A stretch of DNA of 64,000 bases from Alphaproteobacteria bacterium (GCA_024281375.1 JAJSAD010000052.1:3140-67139); one strand, 5' to 3'; counted from the stretch's first letter, positions 7,322 to 16,973 are shown. Notes: generated from the letters alone by a model not told the origin. Translations and numbers: made by a program.

Positions 7322-7984
7322 TTATTTACGATGGACAACATCTGCAATGGCGCGTTTGATCTCCTCAATGCCCGTATTTTTTTCTGAACTTGACACAAGA
7401 ATGGTTGGGTAAAGAGCCGGATGTTGAGGGGCAGTATCTTCGACGCTTTTGATAAGTTTTGGAATACCAGCTTCTTTGATTTTATCAATTTTTGTCAGGA
7501 TGATTTGATAGGAAACAGCGGCCTCATCAAGCATATCCATAATCTCAATATCATTAGCTTTCAGGCCATGTCTTGAATCAATGAGGAGGAAAACACGTTT
7601 AAGTTGCACACGACCTTTAAGATACAAACGTAGCATCTTATTCCAGTCGTCTACCAGGCTCTTAGGGGCTTTCGCGTATCCATAGCCAGGCATATCAACG
7701 ACGTGCAAATGACGGTCTAGTTGAAAGAAGTTCAGACATTGTGTGCGCCCTGGCGTTGAAGAGGCCTTTGCTAATCCTTTTTTCTGGAAAATATAATTAA
7801 TTAGGGTGGATTTTCCCACGTTAGAGCGTCCAGCAAAGGCAATTTCTGGCCATTCTTCCTGGGGGAGGGTATCGAGCTTATAAACAGAGGTTACAAAGGT
7901 GCACGGGTGGCCAAAAAGCCAACGCACATGACGTTGACTTTCAGCGCGCGCTTGGATTTCTTGCGGCGTTAGGTCTTCATTCAT
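7322..7984 (-). CDS. engB: Ribosome biogenesis GTPase YihA/EngB
   Basis: G1 GRSNVGKSTLIN, G3 DMPGYGYA, G4 TKIDK. It lies immediately downstream of yidC, the conserved arrangement. Confidence 0.9.
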   Translation of the reverse strand: MNEDLTPQEIQARAESQRHVRWLFGHPCTFVTSVYKLDTLPQEEWPEIAFAGRSNVGKSTLINYIFQKKGLAKASSTPGRTQCLNFFQLDRHLHVVDMPGYGYAKAPKSLVDDWNKMLRLYLKGRVQLKRVFLLIDSRHGLKANDIEIMDMLDEAAVSYQIILTKIDKIKEAGIPKLIKSVEDTAPQHPALYPTILVSSSEKNTGIEEIKRAIADVVHRK

Positions 7985-9745
7985 TTATTTTGAACCTGTC
8001 CGCTTGGCTTCCATTCGCATGATAGTCCATTGCTGGGCGATGGTTAGTGTGTTGTTCCATGCCCAATAGATCACAAGACCCGCAGGGAAGCTGGCGAGCA
8101 TCACCGTAAAGACGAGGGGCATAAGCATAAACATTTTTTCTTGCATCGGGTCTGTTGGGGCGGGGTTCAAGCGTTGTTGAAAGAACATGGTTGCTCCCAT
8201 AATCAACGGCCAAATACCAATTTGGAGGAAACTTGGGGGATCCCAAGGAATCAAGCCAAATAAGGTAAAGAGGTTCGTTGGATCGGGGGCAGAAAGGTCA
8301 TTAATCCAACCATAAAAAGGCGCGTGACGCATCTCGATGGAAACGAACAGCACTTTATACAGGGCAAAGAACACAGGGATTTGCACAATCATCGGCAAAC
8401 AACCGGCCATAGGGTTCACTTTTTCTTTCTTGTACAGCTCCATCAGGGCTTGATTCATGGCCATTTTATCGTCTTTGTGGAGTTCTTTTAGTTTAGCCAT
8501 TTTAGGTTGCAGTTGCTTCATACGGGCCATAGAACGATAAGATTTGTTGGCTAAGGGAAAGAACAGGAGCTTTAAAAGAACCGTTAGCAATAAAATGCCC
8601 AGGCCAAAGTTTCCAAGATAATCTTTTGTTGCCGTTAAAATATGAAAGATTGGTTTTGTCAGGAAATAGAACCACCCAAAGTCCACAGCCAAATCAAAAT
8701 GCTTAATCCCTAGTTTTTCTTCATAAGAATCCAGGAGATCAAGCACTTTAGCCCCGGCGTAAAAATGGGTGGTATACTCTGCAGAACCTCCCGCCTTAAG
8801 GCTCACAGCAGGGCTGACATAATCGGTGAAATACCGATGGGCCTTTCCATTAAGGCCATGGCGATATGTTGTCTTAAAAGGTAAATCTTGAGGAGGAATC
8901 AAAGCCGTCAGCCAATATTTATCGGTGAGACCAGCCCAGCCACCCGTTGAGTTATAGGTCTCCTGCTTTTCATTCAGGTCGTCATATTTGTGCTCAATAA
9001 GTTTATCTTCAAGATATCCAACGGGACCCTCGTGGAGAATAAAGAAGCTAGAAACATCTTTAATCTCATCCCGGGTGATCATAGCATAAGCATAAATATC
9101 AACGTCTTGAGCGCTCGCGTTTTGAACATGGTCTTTAATGGTAAAAAGGTAATTGTCATCAACGGAAATCGTCCGTTCAAAAAGAAGGCCTTGACCATTA
9201 TCCCAAGTCAACATCACAGGAGAATTTTGCGTAAGCGTCTTGTTTCCTTTAAGGGACCACAAGGTTGTAGCGTCGGGAACTCGAATAGAAGGCGCACTGG
9301 CGAGCCAGCCAAAATCTGCAAAATAAGGTTGCTCTGTTTTGTCCGGAGACAGAAGAGTTATATCTTTCCCGCTTTTATCTGATTTCTCATTGTATTTGAT
9401 CAAAATAAGATCATCCAATCGCGCCCCTTGAAGACGAATAGATCCTTCAAGGGAAGGGGTTTTGAGGGTTAAACGTTTTGAGGTCGCGAGCACTTGTTCC
9501 GTTGTTTTAGGCGGGACAAGACCTGCGCTTTCTGGTAACGAGGGTGCACCACCAATACGGGGTGCATTTGTGTTACCCAACTGTGGTTTTCCGCCTGCAT
9601 TTTCTGTGTGCATAGTTTCTTGAAGAGGCTCTTGACCCGAGTCTTGGGGCTTATCAAAAAAGACACTCCAACCCACAAGGACCGCCAGGGTAAGTCCCAT
9701 AGCTAGGATCATATTTTTTGTGTTGCCACCGTCTTGTTGGTTCAT
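7985..9745 (-). CDS. yidC: Membrane protein insertase YidC
   Basis: 586 aa with an N-terminal TM, a large periplasmic domain and a C-terminal 60-kDa IMP core (PFYGWINDLSAPDP, MLMPLVFTVMLASFPAGLVIYWAWNN). Confidence 0.95.
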   Translation of the reverse strand: MNQQDGGNTKNMILAMGLTLAVLVGWSVFFDKPQDSGQEPLQETMHTENAGGKPQLGNTNAPRIGGAPSLPESAGLVPPKTTEQVLATSKRLTLKTPSLEGSIRLQGARLDDLILIKYNEKSDKSGKDITLLSPDKTEQPYFADFGWLASAPSIRVPDATTLWSLKGNKTLTQNSPVMLTWDNGQGLLFERTISVDDNYLFTIKDHVQNASAQDVDIYAYAMITRDEIKDVSSFFILHEGPVGYLEDKLIEHKYDDLNEKQETYNSTGGWAGLTDKYWLTALIPPQDLPFKTTYRHGLNGKAHRYFTDYVSPAVSLKAGGSAEYTTHFYAGAKVLDLLDSYEEKLGIKHFDLAVDFGWFYFLTKPIFHILTATKDYLGNFGLGILLLTVLLKLLFFPLANKSYRSMARMKQLQPKMAKLKELHKDDKMAMNQALMELYKKEKVNPMAGCLPMIVQIPVFFALYKVLFVSIEMRHAPFYGWINDLSAPDPTNLFTLFGLIPWDPPSFLQIGIWPLIMGATMFFQQRLNPAPTDPMQEKMFMLMPLVFTVMLASFPAGLVIYWAWNNTLTIAQQWTIMRMEAKRTGSK

Positions 9746-9764
9746 TTCAAAATTCTTTCATTGC

Positions 9765-10034
9765 TTATATTTGTTTCTTTGTTGGGGGAACAGGGTCATG
9801 TCCTGAATCCCCCCAAGGATGACAGCGCCCCATGCGTTTGAGCAAGAGCTTGCTGCCTGTTAAAAAACCGTGGACCTTTAAGGCCTCTATGCCATAGGCG
9901 GAGCAAGTTGGTAAAAACCGACAACGCGCAGGGATAAACGGTGAAATCACTCTTCGATATAGCACGATTAGACCTATGATGCAAAGGGCAGGCACGGACC
10001 TTAAGGGAGGGAAGCTAAAAACAGGTCGTTTCAT
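9765..10034 (-). CDS. yidD: Membrane protein insertion efficiency factor YidD
   Basis: ISPFIPARCRFLPTCSAYGIEALKVHGFLTGSKLLLKRMGRCHPWGDSGHDPVP is the YidD signature. I chose the start at ATG 10034, which forms an ATGA overlap with the rnpA stop. The track ORF extends to 10061. Confidence 0.85.
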   Translation of the reverse strand: MKRPVFSFPPLRSVPALCIIGLIVLYRRVISPFIPARCRFLPTCSAYGIEALKVHGFLTGSKLLLKRMGRCHPWGDSGHDPVPPTKKQI

Positions 10035-10420
10035 TTTTGATGAATCCGCCTTATGGACCACTTTAAATCTTTGGAAAGCTGGTCAAAATCATAAGTGAGG
10101 ATCTCTTTTCGAGCAATAAAGAGATAAATATAATTGGGATTTCCAATGGCGGTGAGGTGATCATGGATAATATGTCGCAAACGTCGTTTTGCCTTGTTGC
10201 GGCAGACGGCATTCCCCACTTTTTTTGAAGCCACAACGCCATATCCAATATGCCCCTCGTAGAATTCTTTCAAAATATCAATACAAGAAAGAGGTGTCGC
10301 AATGAGCACAAAAGATTTTGTCACCCATTTATCACCCTTATTCAGAATGATCTTAAAATGAGAGCTCTTTTTGAGTCCGAAAAGTTTAGGAGCTTGCGTG
10401 TCTAAAATCCCTACCTCCAA
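10031..10420 (-). CDS. rnpA: RNase P protein component
   Basis: 129 aa with the basic RNR-like motif KKVGNAVCRNKAKRRLRHI. Located between rpmH and yidD. The start in the track is TTG, so the exact start is uncertain. Confidence 0.85.
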   Translation of the reverse strand: MEVGILDTQAPKLFGLKKSSHFKIILNKGDKWVTKSFVLIATPLSCIDILKEFYEGHIGYGVVASKKVGNAVCRNKAKRRLRHIIHDHLTAIGNPNYIYLFIARKEILTYDFDQLSKDLKWSIRRIHQK

Positions 10421-10488
10421 GATACAAAAAATCCCCTTTTAAATGAGAGGTAAACTCATTTGCCAGAGGACCTTTGTTTGAAAAAAAT

Positions 10489-10623
10489 TTACGCAGACAA
10501 ACGTGAGCGGCCTTTGGCACGACGACGGTTAATTAAATTACGGCCTGAAACAGTTTGCATCCGTGAACGAAAACCATGACGGCGTTTACGAACCAAAACA
10601 CTGGGTTGAAAAGTTCTTTTCAT
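10489..10623 (-). CDS. rpmH: 50S ribosomal protein L34
   Basis: Not in the ORF track because it is only 44 aa. The reverse complement translates to [44 protein letters not shown], ending in TAA, a near-canonical L34 sequence. Confidence 0.95.
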   Translation of the reverse strand: MKRTFQPSVLVRKRRHGFRSRMQTVSGRNLINRRRAKGRSRLSA

Positions 10624-10736
10624 AGAACAACTCCACTAATACTAAAATTAAACTATAACCCTCTTATAAGGTGGAAATACACCCCTGTCAATAAAAAGCG
10701 TCATGTTGCGAGTTTGTATATAAGACAGATGGGAGG

Positions 10737-10936
10737 TCTGCAGAATAGGTTTGTAAAATTTTCCCTTCCTATTTTCCCCTCTTCCTCCTTCTTTATTTCG
10801 CCGTATTTTTGACTAATAGGCATCTTTATTGACAATTAGTCAAAAATCGTGCGGGGGAGGCAAGGAATTTTAGAAGAGAAGGGAGGAGATAATAGGAAAT
10901 TTGAGAAATGGATAATGGACAGAAGTATTCTGCAGA
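10737..10936. repeat. 200-bp imperfect palindromic intergenic element (copy 1 of a dispersed repeat), MITE/RPE-like
   Basis: 11-bp terminal inverted repeats TCTGCAGAATA (10737-10747) and TATTCTGCAGA (10926-10936). The left arm is pyrimidine-rich and the right arm is its purine-rich mirror. The central perfect 12-nt inverted repeat is TTTTTGACTAAT (10806-10817) / ATTAGTCAAAAA (10835-10846). The core recurs at 41560-41613. Confidence 0.7.
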
Positions 10937-10941
10937 GGATT

Positions 10942-11262
10942 CTATAAAAGATAACCTTTAGCACGTTTATAGGCCATTTGAATTTCAGAAAAGAGTTCTT
11001 GTTTTTCTGTGGCACTTTTTCCACAGGCTTCTTCTGCAGATTGACTGAGCTCAGATACTTTTGTTGCCCCAAAATTAAGGGCGACCCCTTTTAAAGCATG
11101 GGAGTGTTCTTTCCATTGACTATCCTCAGCGTTAATACTTTTCTCTAACTCTAAAAGGCATTCGTCTCCACACTCGAAAAATGCCTGAACAATTTCTTGT
11201 CTAACCTCAGGATCGTCACCCGCAATTTCATCCAACTGCTCAAAGTCAAATTCATCTTCCAT
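10942..11262 (-). CDS. Histidine phosphotransfer (Hpt) domain protein
   Basis: 106 aa with the Hpt phosphorylation-site motif HSHALKGVALNFGA (H-x-x-KG-x-A-x-x-x-GA). Confidence 0.8.
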   Translation of the reverse strand: MEDEFDFEQLDEIAGDDPEVRQEIVQAFFECGDECLLELEKSINAEDSQWKEHSHALKGVALNFGATKVSELSQSAEEACGKSATEKQELFSEIQMAYKRAKGYLL

Positions 11263-11282
11263 AAAAAAAATCCTTAATTATA

Positions 11283-12179
11283 TTATCTCTGCTCAAATGT
11301 AAGAAGATTTTTACTGATTTTATGTCTATTATACGGCTTTGTGATATAGCCATTTGCCCCCTTAGAAAGAGCATTTCTAACACCATCACTTGTATTATTT
11401 GCTGTCGACATAATAATATAAGCGTTCGGATCTATCTTTTTTATTTGCTTTAAAAATTCAATACCACTCACGTCTGGGAGCTGCCAATCAAGAAAAACAA
11501 TATCAGGAGCAACTCTAAGGTAGGTTTTTAAACCTGTAATGGCATCCTCAGCTGTTTCTATAATATAATCTCTTCCTATGCAATTTTTTAGGATATTTTG
11601 TGAAAAGACTTGATCTTCAACGATGAGAATAACTTTTTTAGAACGAGTTGGGCGCTTGCCCAATAAAGATTCAAAAGCAGCCTTATTATAATTTTTTTTC
11701 AGAGCAAGGGAAAAAAACTGAGGATCTTTTTTGAGACCGTCTTTTGTCTTTATATCTAAATTATTTTTTTCACTATTATCTTGTTTTTCCGCAAGTTCCT
11801 TGAGTTTCAAATAACAATCTGCATAATGGGTTTTCAAGTCGTACTGGCCAACATACTGATTGATATTTGTGGGAGCAGATTCGCATAATATATCTGATAA
11901 ACAATAAATCACATCTGTTCTTATTTTATCTATAGTGTTATTGTTTGAGTTATGAATAAAAAAGACAATATCCGATATACTCATCATAAATATAGATCCA
12001 CTTAACTCATGAAACTCACTTGTAATAAAGTTTTGAATAAGCTCCTTACTTTGTGCCTTTAAGTTAATATCAAGGTTTGATAGATGAAAAATCAAGCAGC
12101 AGCATGACCCCTTTTCTTGTCGATTTTCTTCAAAACCATGAAGAAGCTGTTGAGCGGTTGCTTGTTTAAAAATTTTCAT
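11283..12179 (-). CDS. Response regulator: C-terminal receiver domain, about 170-aa N-terminal domain of unknown type
   Basis: The REC signature is KVILIVEDQ...DIVFLDWQLPDVSGIEFLKQIK...IIMSTA...GANGYITKP. I recognise no family for the N-terminal half. Confidence 0.8.
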   Translation of the reverse strand: MKIFKQATAQQLLHGFEENRQEKGSCCCLIFHLSNLDINLKAQSKELIQNFITSEFHELSGSIFMMSISDIVFFIHNSNNNTIDKIRTDVIYCLSDILCESAPTNINQYVGQYDLKTHYADCYLKLKELAEKQDNSEKNNLDIKTKDGLKKDPQFFSLALKKNYNKAAFESLLGKRPTRSKKVILIVEDQVFSQNILKNCIGRDYIIETAEDAITGLKTYLRVAPDIVFLDWQLPDVSGIEFLKQIKKIDPNAYIIMSTANNTSDGVRNALSKGANGYITKPYNRHKISKNLLTFEQR

Positions 12180-12289
12180 TTCATAAAATAACCAAATCAG
12201 TTTCTACTTTCTATTATTTTATAGAAAAATTAATAAATTATTAACAAGTTTCACAAACAATAAACTGTATATTTAAATTATTAAAAAGA

Positions 12290-13480
12290 ATGCGCCTATT
12301 TATGATTTTTTTTTCTAAATACATTTTTGCTATTGTTCTATTTTCTTTCCTTAGCATAGAAAGTTGGGCCACCCCCCCTTCTTTGAACCAGAAAAGTTTT
12401 ATATCGGGCAATAAAATTCTTTTTGGACAAACAGCAGCCATTGGAGGACCCGCACGTGAGCTGGGGATAGGAATGCGTGATGGACTATTAGCGGCCTTTA
12501 AAGAACAAAATAAAAAAGGCGGCATAAAGGGTGTTACGCTGGAACTTCTCACCTTAGATGATGGTTATGAGCCAGAACAAGCTATTGTTAATACTAAAAA
12601 ACTTATCAATAATAAGAATGTTTTTGCCTTAATTGGAGGCGTTGGGACACCAACGGCTAATGCTATTGAACCCATCACAACACAAGCGGAAGTTCCCTTT
12701 ATTGCCCCTTTTACAGGGGCGAATTTTTTAAGAAATCCGTACAAAAAATACGTTATCAACACAAGAGCATCTTATTGGGAGGAAACAGAGACGTTGGTGA
12801 AATATGCCATTGAAAAGCTTAAATTCTCTAAATTTTCCATTTTATATCAGGATGACAGCTATGGGCGGGCAGGGCTTTCGGGTGTAAAACGAGCCCTTAA
12901 AAAAAGAAACTTAAAATTACTGTCTGAAGGAACTTATAAGCGGAATACAATAGCTATTAAAATGGCCCTTTTAAAAATTGCGAAAAAAAACCCTGAAGTT
13001 GTTCTAATGATTGGTGCTTATAAACCCTGTGCAGAATTTATAAAATTAGCAAAGAAAAGAAACTTGAAAGCAAAATTTATCAATATTTCTTTTGTTGGAA
13101 CAAAAGCTATATTAAAGGAATTAGGGGATCAAGGTGAAGGCGTTATGATATCACAAGTTGTCCCTTTCCCCTTTGATACAACACTATCCCTCATAAAAGC
13201 ATATCAAAAAGCCATGATACAAGTGGGTTGTAAAAGCAAAATAGGCTTTGTCTCATTAGAAGGCTATATCGCGGGGCGTTTTGTCATTAATGTGCTTGCT
13301 AATATGGATTTAAAAACCCTTACAAGAAAGAAATTCATAGATAAAATCATGGAAATTTCAGTTTTTGATTTAAGTGGGTTTAAGTTGATCTTTGATAAAA
13401 ATGATAACCAAGGGTCGAATGCCGTATTTCTGACACAGGTTGATGCTAATGGAAACATACAATCAATAAAAAAAGGCTGA
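12290..13480 (+). CDS. Periplasmic binding protein, LivK/type-1 PBP (branched-chain amino acid binding-like) family
   Basis: 396 aa with a signal peptide. ILFGQTAAIGGPARELGIGMRDG...ALIGGVGTPTANA... is typical of the Leu/Ile/Val-binding protein family. It ends 4 nt before the hybrid kinase gene. Confidence 0.7.
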   Translation: MRLFMIFFSKYIFAIVLFSFLSIESWATPPSLNQKSFISGNKILFGQTAAIGGPARELGIGMRDGLLAAFKEQNKKGGIKGVTLELLTLDDGYEPEQAIVNTKKLINNKNVFALIGGVGTPTANAIEPITTQAEVPFIAPFTGANFLRNPYKKYVINTRASYWEETETLVKYAIEKLKFSKFSILYQDDSYGRAGLSGVKRALKKRNLKLLSEGTYKRNTIAIKMALLKIAKKNPEVVLMIGAYKPCAEFIKLAKKRNLKAKFINISFVGTKAILKELGDQGEGVMISQVVPFPFDTTLSLIKAYQKAMIQVGCKSKIGFVSLEGYIAGRFVINVLANMDLKTLTRKKFIDKIMEISVFDLSGFKLIFDKNDNQGSNAVFLTQVDANGNIQSIKKG

Positions 13481-13484
13481 AAAA

Positions 13485-16400
13485 ATGGTTCATAAAAAGA
13501 TACCTTTATTTATCAGTATTAGATCAAAAATCTATGCCGTCATCGGTACCGTTACCCTTTTTGCATTTGTACTTGCCCTCGTCTCTTGGGCGCTTTTTCA
13601 AACTTTCTCAAATACATTATATGTCATTACCCGTGAGAGTAACCCAACATCCCTGACGGCATCAAAGCTTGAAGTTCTCTCAGCAGACCTTAATCTTGAT
13701 GTGAATAAAGCTCTCTCCTCCCGCAATGAGGAAGAGCTGTCTAAAAGCTTTTCAAGAATGCTCAAACATATTATACAGATGCGGACATCACTGGATTATA
13801 TTCAATCCTTAGTAAAGGAAGATTTAAAACTTGGGCGCATTTATGATGAATTATCAAAAATTGAGAACTTCACAAACAAAATTAATAAATATGTTTTAAA
13901 CAGTATTGACTATAATAATTTATTATTAGAGCTTTCAAAAAGAAATCGCAAATTACAAAATCAATTTATTATCTTGGTGACCCCTATTTCTGATGATGCT
14001 CTTTTCAGTCTTTCAACTCTAAATAAAGAGAGTATCTCTGCAAGCTTTCTTGAAAAAAAATCAACATTTCTCGCTTATTCCCTAGAGTTAAAATCAGAAG
14101 GTAATTTAATTTTTGGTGTTCTCAATGTTGCTGAAAATTTATTAGACATTGATAGCCTCGCACCTTTAAAGGAAAGATTTAATGCAAGTCGGGTAAGGCT
14201 TGAGGAGCATGTCAAACTATTATTAGAACACAATAAAGGTCAAGAAACTTCTTTGACAGGAATCCAACAGTCCGTCAAAGAAATGATTGATAGTGGTATG
14301 GGAAAAAATAATGTTTTCCAAGTCAAAAAGGCACAACTATTAAACAAGATGAACTTGATCAAATTAAAGGATGCCGTTTGGTTGTCAACAAATAAAATTT
14401 CTGCTGAACTCGTTCGCCTTGAGAAAAAGATTAAAAAACAATCTGCTGAAGTTCAAGAAAACGCTGAAGAGCAAATTATTATTGGTAAATCTTTAATGTT
14501 TATAATTGCGTTTCTCTCCATCGTTATTTCTTTTTTTGTGGGATGGTGGATTGTTGGGAGAAATATTACGCAACGTTTGGAAGAGCTTCGAGAAAGCATG
14601 ATGGAGGTTTCTTCTGGAAATCTTGATGCAACAATCCCTCATACGGGCATGGATGAGGTCGCTCAAATGGGAAATGCTTTGAGTGTTTTTAAGGATAAAA
14701 TGATCTCGTTGCAAAAGAGTAAATCTCGTGAAAATTTATTAATGAATATGCTTTATCAAGGTAGTTCTGCTGCTAATAACGCAGATAGCTTCGAAGATGC
14801 GGCGGCGGCTTGTTTAAGACTGATTACGACTTATGCGTGCTGGACATATGGACATATGTATATTGTAAATGGCAAAACAAGAACCTTAGAAAGCGCTAAT
14901 ATATGGTCAGGAGAAGAAGGGGGAGACTTTAAAAATAACGTTTCAAAAATGACTTTTCGGCTCGGAGAAGGACTGCCGGGGCGCGTTATGAGTATCAATA
15001 AATCCGACTATATCAAAAATATAAGAAGTGATGATGCGCTGCTTCGGGGAAAAATATTAAAAGATGCTGGTATTAAATCCGTCTATGCCTATCCTATTCG
15101 TACAGGAAGTAAATTCTTTGGTGTCGTGGAATTCTTTTCAACCAATGAATTTAAGTTTGATAAAGGCCTAAATGAAACCATAGAAAATATTTTCACTCAA
15201 TTAGGCATATCCATTCAACGTCTGAAAACAGAAGAAGATTTGCGCTTAGAAAAAGAAAAAGCCGAAGCCGCAACTTATGCAAAAGGAAATTTTTTGGCCA
15301 ATATGAGCCATGAAATCAGAACACCTCTCAATGCCGTTCTGGGCATGGTTGATCTTATTCTTGAGTCTCAATTAAAAGCGGAGCAGCGCTATTGGGCGAA
15401 AACCATTAAAACGTCCGGTGATTCTCTTTTGGATATTATTAATGATATCCTCGATTTCTCTAAAATCGAAGCACAAGAGCTCCTCTTAGAGTCTATTCCT
15501 TTTAATATCCACAAGGTTATTGAAGAAATATTTGAGCTCATTAGAATGAGAGCTATAGACCAAGGTATTGAAATTTATTCTATTATTGAACCTGATGTCC
15601 CCGCAGGATTTATGGGGGACCCTGGACGTGTTCGCCAAATTATCATTAATCTTCTTGGAAATGCTATCAAATTCACAAAATCTGGTCACGTAGCTCTTAG
15701 GATTTCGGTCATACAAGATTTAAAACACTCCACTCAACTTAAATTCGATATTGAAGATACAGGCGTTGGCATTCAAAAAAATAAGATTGATTATATCTTT
15801 AATACTTTTTCACAGGCAGAAGAATCTACGTCCCGGCAATTTGGAGGGACTGGATTAGGTCTCTCTATTTGTAAAAAATTGGTCGAGCTTATGGGAGGAA
15901 ATATAGGTGTTACGAGTGAATTTGGTGAAGGAAGTAATTTCTTTTTCAACCTGGCGCTCAAAAAACATGACCTCTCAAAAGAAGAAAAATATCTTAAAAA
16001 ATATAAGAATATTACGTTGAAGGGGCAAAAGGCTCTCGTTTTAGAGGAGGATGGTTTGGGGGCAGAGGCTATGAAAAAATACCTGACTCACCTCTCTATT
16101 TCATCGGAAATTGTTCACTCACAGGAACAATGTATCAAGATATTAATGGAGAAATCTAAAAAAGATTTTCATTATGATTATATTTTTGTAAATTCAAAAT
16201 TGATTGATAATAATCCAATCTCATTTGGTCATATTTTGAAAGACATTAAAGGAACAGAGAAATCCTTTAAGATTCATTTAGTTGATGCGCTTTATATGAT
16301 CGATGAAAAGGAAATTATGCCCCACCTTGATGCCCAATTAACCAAACCATTACAGCTTCGAATGCTAAATAATTGCTTAAGAATTCTGACCTACTCTCGC

Positions 16401-16910
16401 AATGAATCCAAGCCTATCAAAAAAGCTTTAAACCCAGCCTTAATTGATAGTTTGATTCAAGGAACTGATGGACCGGTTGTTGATCAATCCGAAAGATTTA
16501 AGGGCGTTCATATTCTAATCGTTGAAGATATGAAAGCAAATATGGTTTTACTGAGTACCATTTTGAAAAAGCTAGGGGTGACTGTTTCAACAGCAGTGAA
16601 TGGTAAAGAGGCTGTAGAAAAATTTGAAGAATCTGATTTTAGTATGATTTTCATGGATTGCCAAATGCCAGAAATGGATGGTTTTGAAGCAACACAGAAA
16701 ATTCGAAAAATTACATCAAAACCACAATGCCCCATTGTTGCTTTAACGGCGAATGCCATGCAAGGAGATAAGGATAAATGTCTTGCGGCTGGAATGGATG
16801 ATTATCTTAATAAGCCCCTTCGAAAAGATAAGCTCATAGAGGCCATTGAACGTTGGGGAGTCGCTCCTGCCTCTCCGTTATCTGAACCCCATCTTGCGAT
16901 AAAATTCTAA
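13485..16910 (+). CDS. Hybrid sensor histidine kinase (TM - sensor - TM - HAMP - GAF-like - HisKA - HATPase - degenerate REC - REC)
   Basis: 1141 aa. H-box FLANMSHEIRTPLNAVLGM, N/G boxes NLLGNAIKFT and GTGLGLSICKKLVELMGG, and a C-terminal receiver ILIVEDMKANM...IFMDCQMPEMDGFEAT...ALTANA...DDYLNKP. Confidence 0.9.
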   Translation: MVHKKIPLFISIRSKIYAVIGTVTLFAFVLALVSWALFQTFSNTLYVITRESNPTSLTASKLEVLSADLNLDVNKALSSRNEEELSKSFSRMLKHIIQMRTSLDYIQSLVKEDLKLGRIYDELSKIENFTNKINKYVLNSIDYNNLLLELSKRNRKLQNQFIILVTPISDDALFSLSTLNKESISASFLEKKSTFLAYSLELKSEGNLIFGVLNVAENLLDIDSLAPLKERFNASRVRLEEHVKLLLEHNKGQETSLTGIQQSVKEMIDSGMGKNNVFQVKKAQLLNKMNLIKLKDAVWLSTNKISAELVRLEKKIKKQSAEVQENAEEQIIIGKSLMFIIAFLSIVISFFVGWWIVGRNITQRLEELRESMMEVSSGNLDATIPHTGMDEVAQMGNALSVFKDKMISLQKSKSRENLLMNMLYQGSSAANNADSFEDAAAACLRLITTYACWTYGHMYIVNGKTRTLESANIWSGEEGGDFKNNVSKMTFRLGEGLPGRVMSINKSDYIKNIRSDDALLRGKILKDAGIKSVYAYPIRTGSKFFGVVEFFSTNEFKFDKGLNETIENIFTQLGISIQRLKTEEDLRLEKEKAEAATYAKGNFLANMSHEIRTPLNAVLGMVDLILESQLKAEQRYWAKTIKTSGDSLLDIINDILDFSKIEAQELLLESIPFNIHKVIEEIFELIRMRAIDQGIEIYSIIEPDVPAGFMGDPGRVRQIIINLLGNAIKFTKSGHVALRISVIQDLKHSTQLKFDIEDTGVGIQKNKIDYIFNTFSQAEESTSRQFGGTGLGLSICKKLVELMGGNIGVTSEFGEGSNFFFNLALKKHDLSKEEKYLKKYKNITLKGQKALVLEEDGLGAEAMKKYLTHLSISSEIVHSQEQCIKILMEKSKKDFHYDYIFVNSKLIDNNPISFGHILKDIKGTEKSFKIHLVDALYMIDEKEIMPHLDAQLTKPLQLRMLNNCLRILTYSRNESKPIKKALNPALIDSLIQGTDGPVVDQSERFKGVHILIVEDMKANMVLLSTILKKLGVTVSTAVNGKEAVEKFEESDFSMIFMDCQMPEMDGFEATQKIRKITSKPQCPIVALTANAMQGDKDKCLAAGMDDYLNKPLRKDKLIEAIERWGVAPASPLSEPHLAIKF

Positions 16911-16973
16911 CGATTTTATGTTTCCTTTAGGACCTATGCAGAGTTCTCCTATAGGACGCTGCAAAAGCTCCCT

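Noticed and set aside
10624-10941. A replication origin next to rpmH, as in many bacteria where dnaA-oriC abuts rpmH.
   Set aside because: No dnaA gene is adjacent; the neighbour is an Hpt gene. I saw no TTATCCACA-type DnaA boxes, and alphaproteobacterial origins are usually near hemE. The palindromic repeat explains the structure better.
10576-11072. Track ORFs 10576..10812 (+) and 10836..11072 (-) in the rpmH-Hpt intergenic region.
   Set aside because: The first starts antisense within rpmH and runs through the pyrimidine arm of the palindromic repeat. The second is the purine arm read backwards and overlaps the Hpt gene 3' end. Both translate to low-complexity sequence with no SD.
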